Part shown: positions 62,471 to 64,000 of the stretch, piece by piece
Position numbering within the stretch: the stretch's first letter is position 1
Layout of the letters: each line of letters begins with the position of its first letter
Source: Lama glama
Taxonomy: Eukaryota
Direction of reading: 5' to 3'
Length of the DNA stretch: 64,000 nt
Assembly (NCBI GenBank): GCA_028534125.1
Contig: CM052817.1
Coordinates: 33,978,001 to 34,042,000, forward strand
Program-made: the position numbers and the translations under genes
The notes under the pieces: model-generated
Seen by the model: only the letters and a program-made list of their open reading frames with translations
What the model was told of the DNA's origin: nothing
Database searches by the model: none

Positions 62471-64000
62471 CAGCCTAAGATTCACCAGGACAAGAGCTGC
62501 TCCTCAGGTAACGGTTGTGATAGCGGCTTAAAAATCTGCCTAATTAGCCAGCAGGCAGAAACAAGTAGGCCAGCCGGACCCCACCCCTTGCCAACCCTGG
62601 CCGTTGTATAACTGCCACCAGGTGTCATGCTGGAAGGCTTGGCTCTGAGAGCAGTTGTACCCAAAGCTAAATGTAATTGATTATGTAATTTTTAGCTGTT
62701 CCAATTTTTTTTTAAGTTGAAAAATGTTTTATAGGGTCATTATTAGCTATGTGTTCATTGTAAGAAAAAAATGAGAAAACAAGTCAAAAGAATGAAATAG
62801 AATCTATCCTCAACCCATTACTACCAGAGATGATCACTGTGAACATCTTAAGACATTCTTTCAGCCCTTTTTTTCCTACTGGGTTAAAACTGAATTCCAC
62901 TGAAAATCCATTACGTAGCATTAGGAAGAACGAGGGACAGAAGAAAGGTTAGTATAAGGACATGGATCTCAGGAAGTTAATTCCCCCTTGAGTCCTACCA
63001 GTTATCTTTGCTCTCCATTCATAGACCCTCCCCTCATCATTAATCTCAGTATGGAAGAAAATTCACACAGCCAGGGATATGTGTGGATTTCTCATCTCAT
63101 GCCCACCACTGCAAAAATAATGTAACTTGTGCCCCTACACGGGAAAGTCACCATTAGGCTTTTCTTCCAGGTCCCTTCTTGTGACTCTAACAGAATTATT
63201 TTGGGATCTGAGGGCCTTGTTCCTTTGGGGGAGACTTAATCACCAAACAGCTCTTATCGTGTGCCTGCCATCGGTCAGACTCTGCTAGGAGTCAGAGGTG
63301 CAGTCAGTAAGGCGCTGTTCTTGCCCTTGAGAACGTACGGTCTAATGGTGGAGGCAGACCACGATGTGGTAGAAGAGCATCAGGTATCCACAAGTGCTTC
63401 CAGAACAGGCAGGCGAGACCAACCCACGTGGCTTTGGAGAGTGAGGATGGCTTGGAGAAGGAGATGACACTTGACTTGAGTCCAGAGACATCCGCCGTAT
63501 GGCGCCTGCAGTCTTCAGCAAATAGCATTCTCCCAAAGTTCCACTGTTTTCTGTGTTATGTCCTACTTTTCAGCCCGATCACACAGTTGCCCACGATAAT
63601 TAAATGAAACTTGCCAGATGGATGCTTTCGCAAGACGATGGCTTGTCTTCTTGCTCTATTTGTGAAAGCTGGCATTGGATCCAGACTCTCAAGGATGCCC
63701 CTACCTTGAGATTGCTTTTGGAGTGTTGCTCTTTTGTGTGTCTTAGCCAAATGGCCTGCCCGTCAGCAGGGCCAGGTTGAATGACAGGTGGGTGTGCCAC
63801 GCATGTGGACACTGATCTCTGCCAAGCCATTTTGCCGCCAGGAGGTGAGGTGCTGAGAGGTTGTTCCACAAAGATGTCATTTACCAATGTTACCTTCCTT
63901 TGAGGAGATAAGCTTCCGATCTGTCAGTCTTTTCCTCTGACCATGTATATTTTTCCTATCAGTTGCAAGATAATTGATGTCAAATTCCCAACGCATCAGG

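Noticed and set aside
53515..64000. Search for KIT exon 8 (KPEILT...)
   Set aside because: Not found by eye; intron 7 is long in other mammals as recalled (about 14 kb in human), so it should lie just past the window and is not evidence of exon loss

Overview
Mammalian genomic DNA, almost certainly camelid (five copies of a tRNA-derived SINE of the Vic-1 type; the species cannot be fixed from sequence alone). The window holds the promoter/CpG island and coding exons 1-7 of KIT (receptor tyrosine kinase, CD117) on the + strand. Exon sizes are 67/270/282/137/169/190/116 nt, all introns are GT-AG, and the spliced frame is open for 410 codons (signal peptide plus Ig domains D1-D4). Exon 8 onward lies beyond the window. 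The rest is intron and upstream DNA with L1, L2, MIR, SINE, LTR and hAT/Tigger relics, microsatellites and a 500-N assembly gap in intron 1. I found no new multi-gene system. The best leads are small-scale: an in-frame, strong-Kozak ATG just upstream of the exon 2 acceptor; a SINE-junction cryptic acceptor that could extend exon 4 in frame; loss of two D2 N-glycosylation sequons; eroded promoter G-quadruplexes; an antisense solo LTR with intact TSD; several recent-looking mutational scars; and candidate CTCF/GATA elements. Repeat family names and cross-species comparisons come from recalled sequences and need confirmation.
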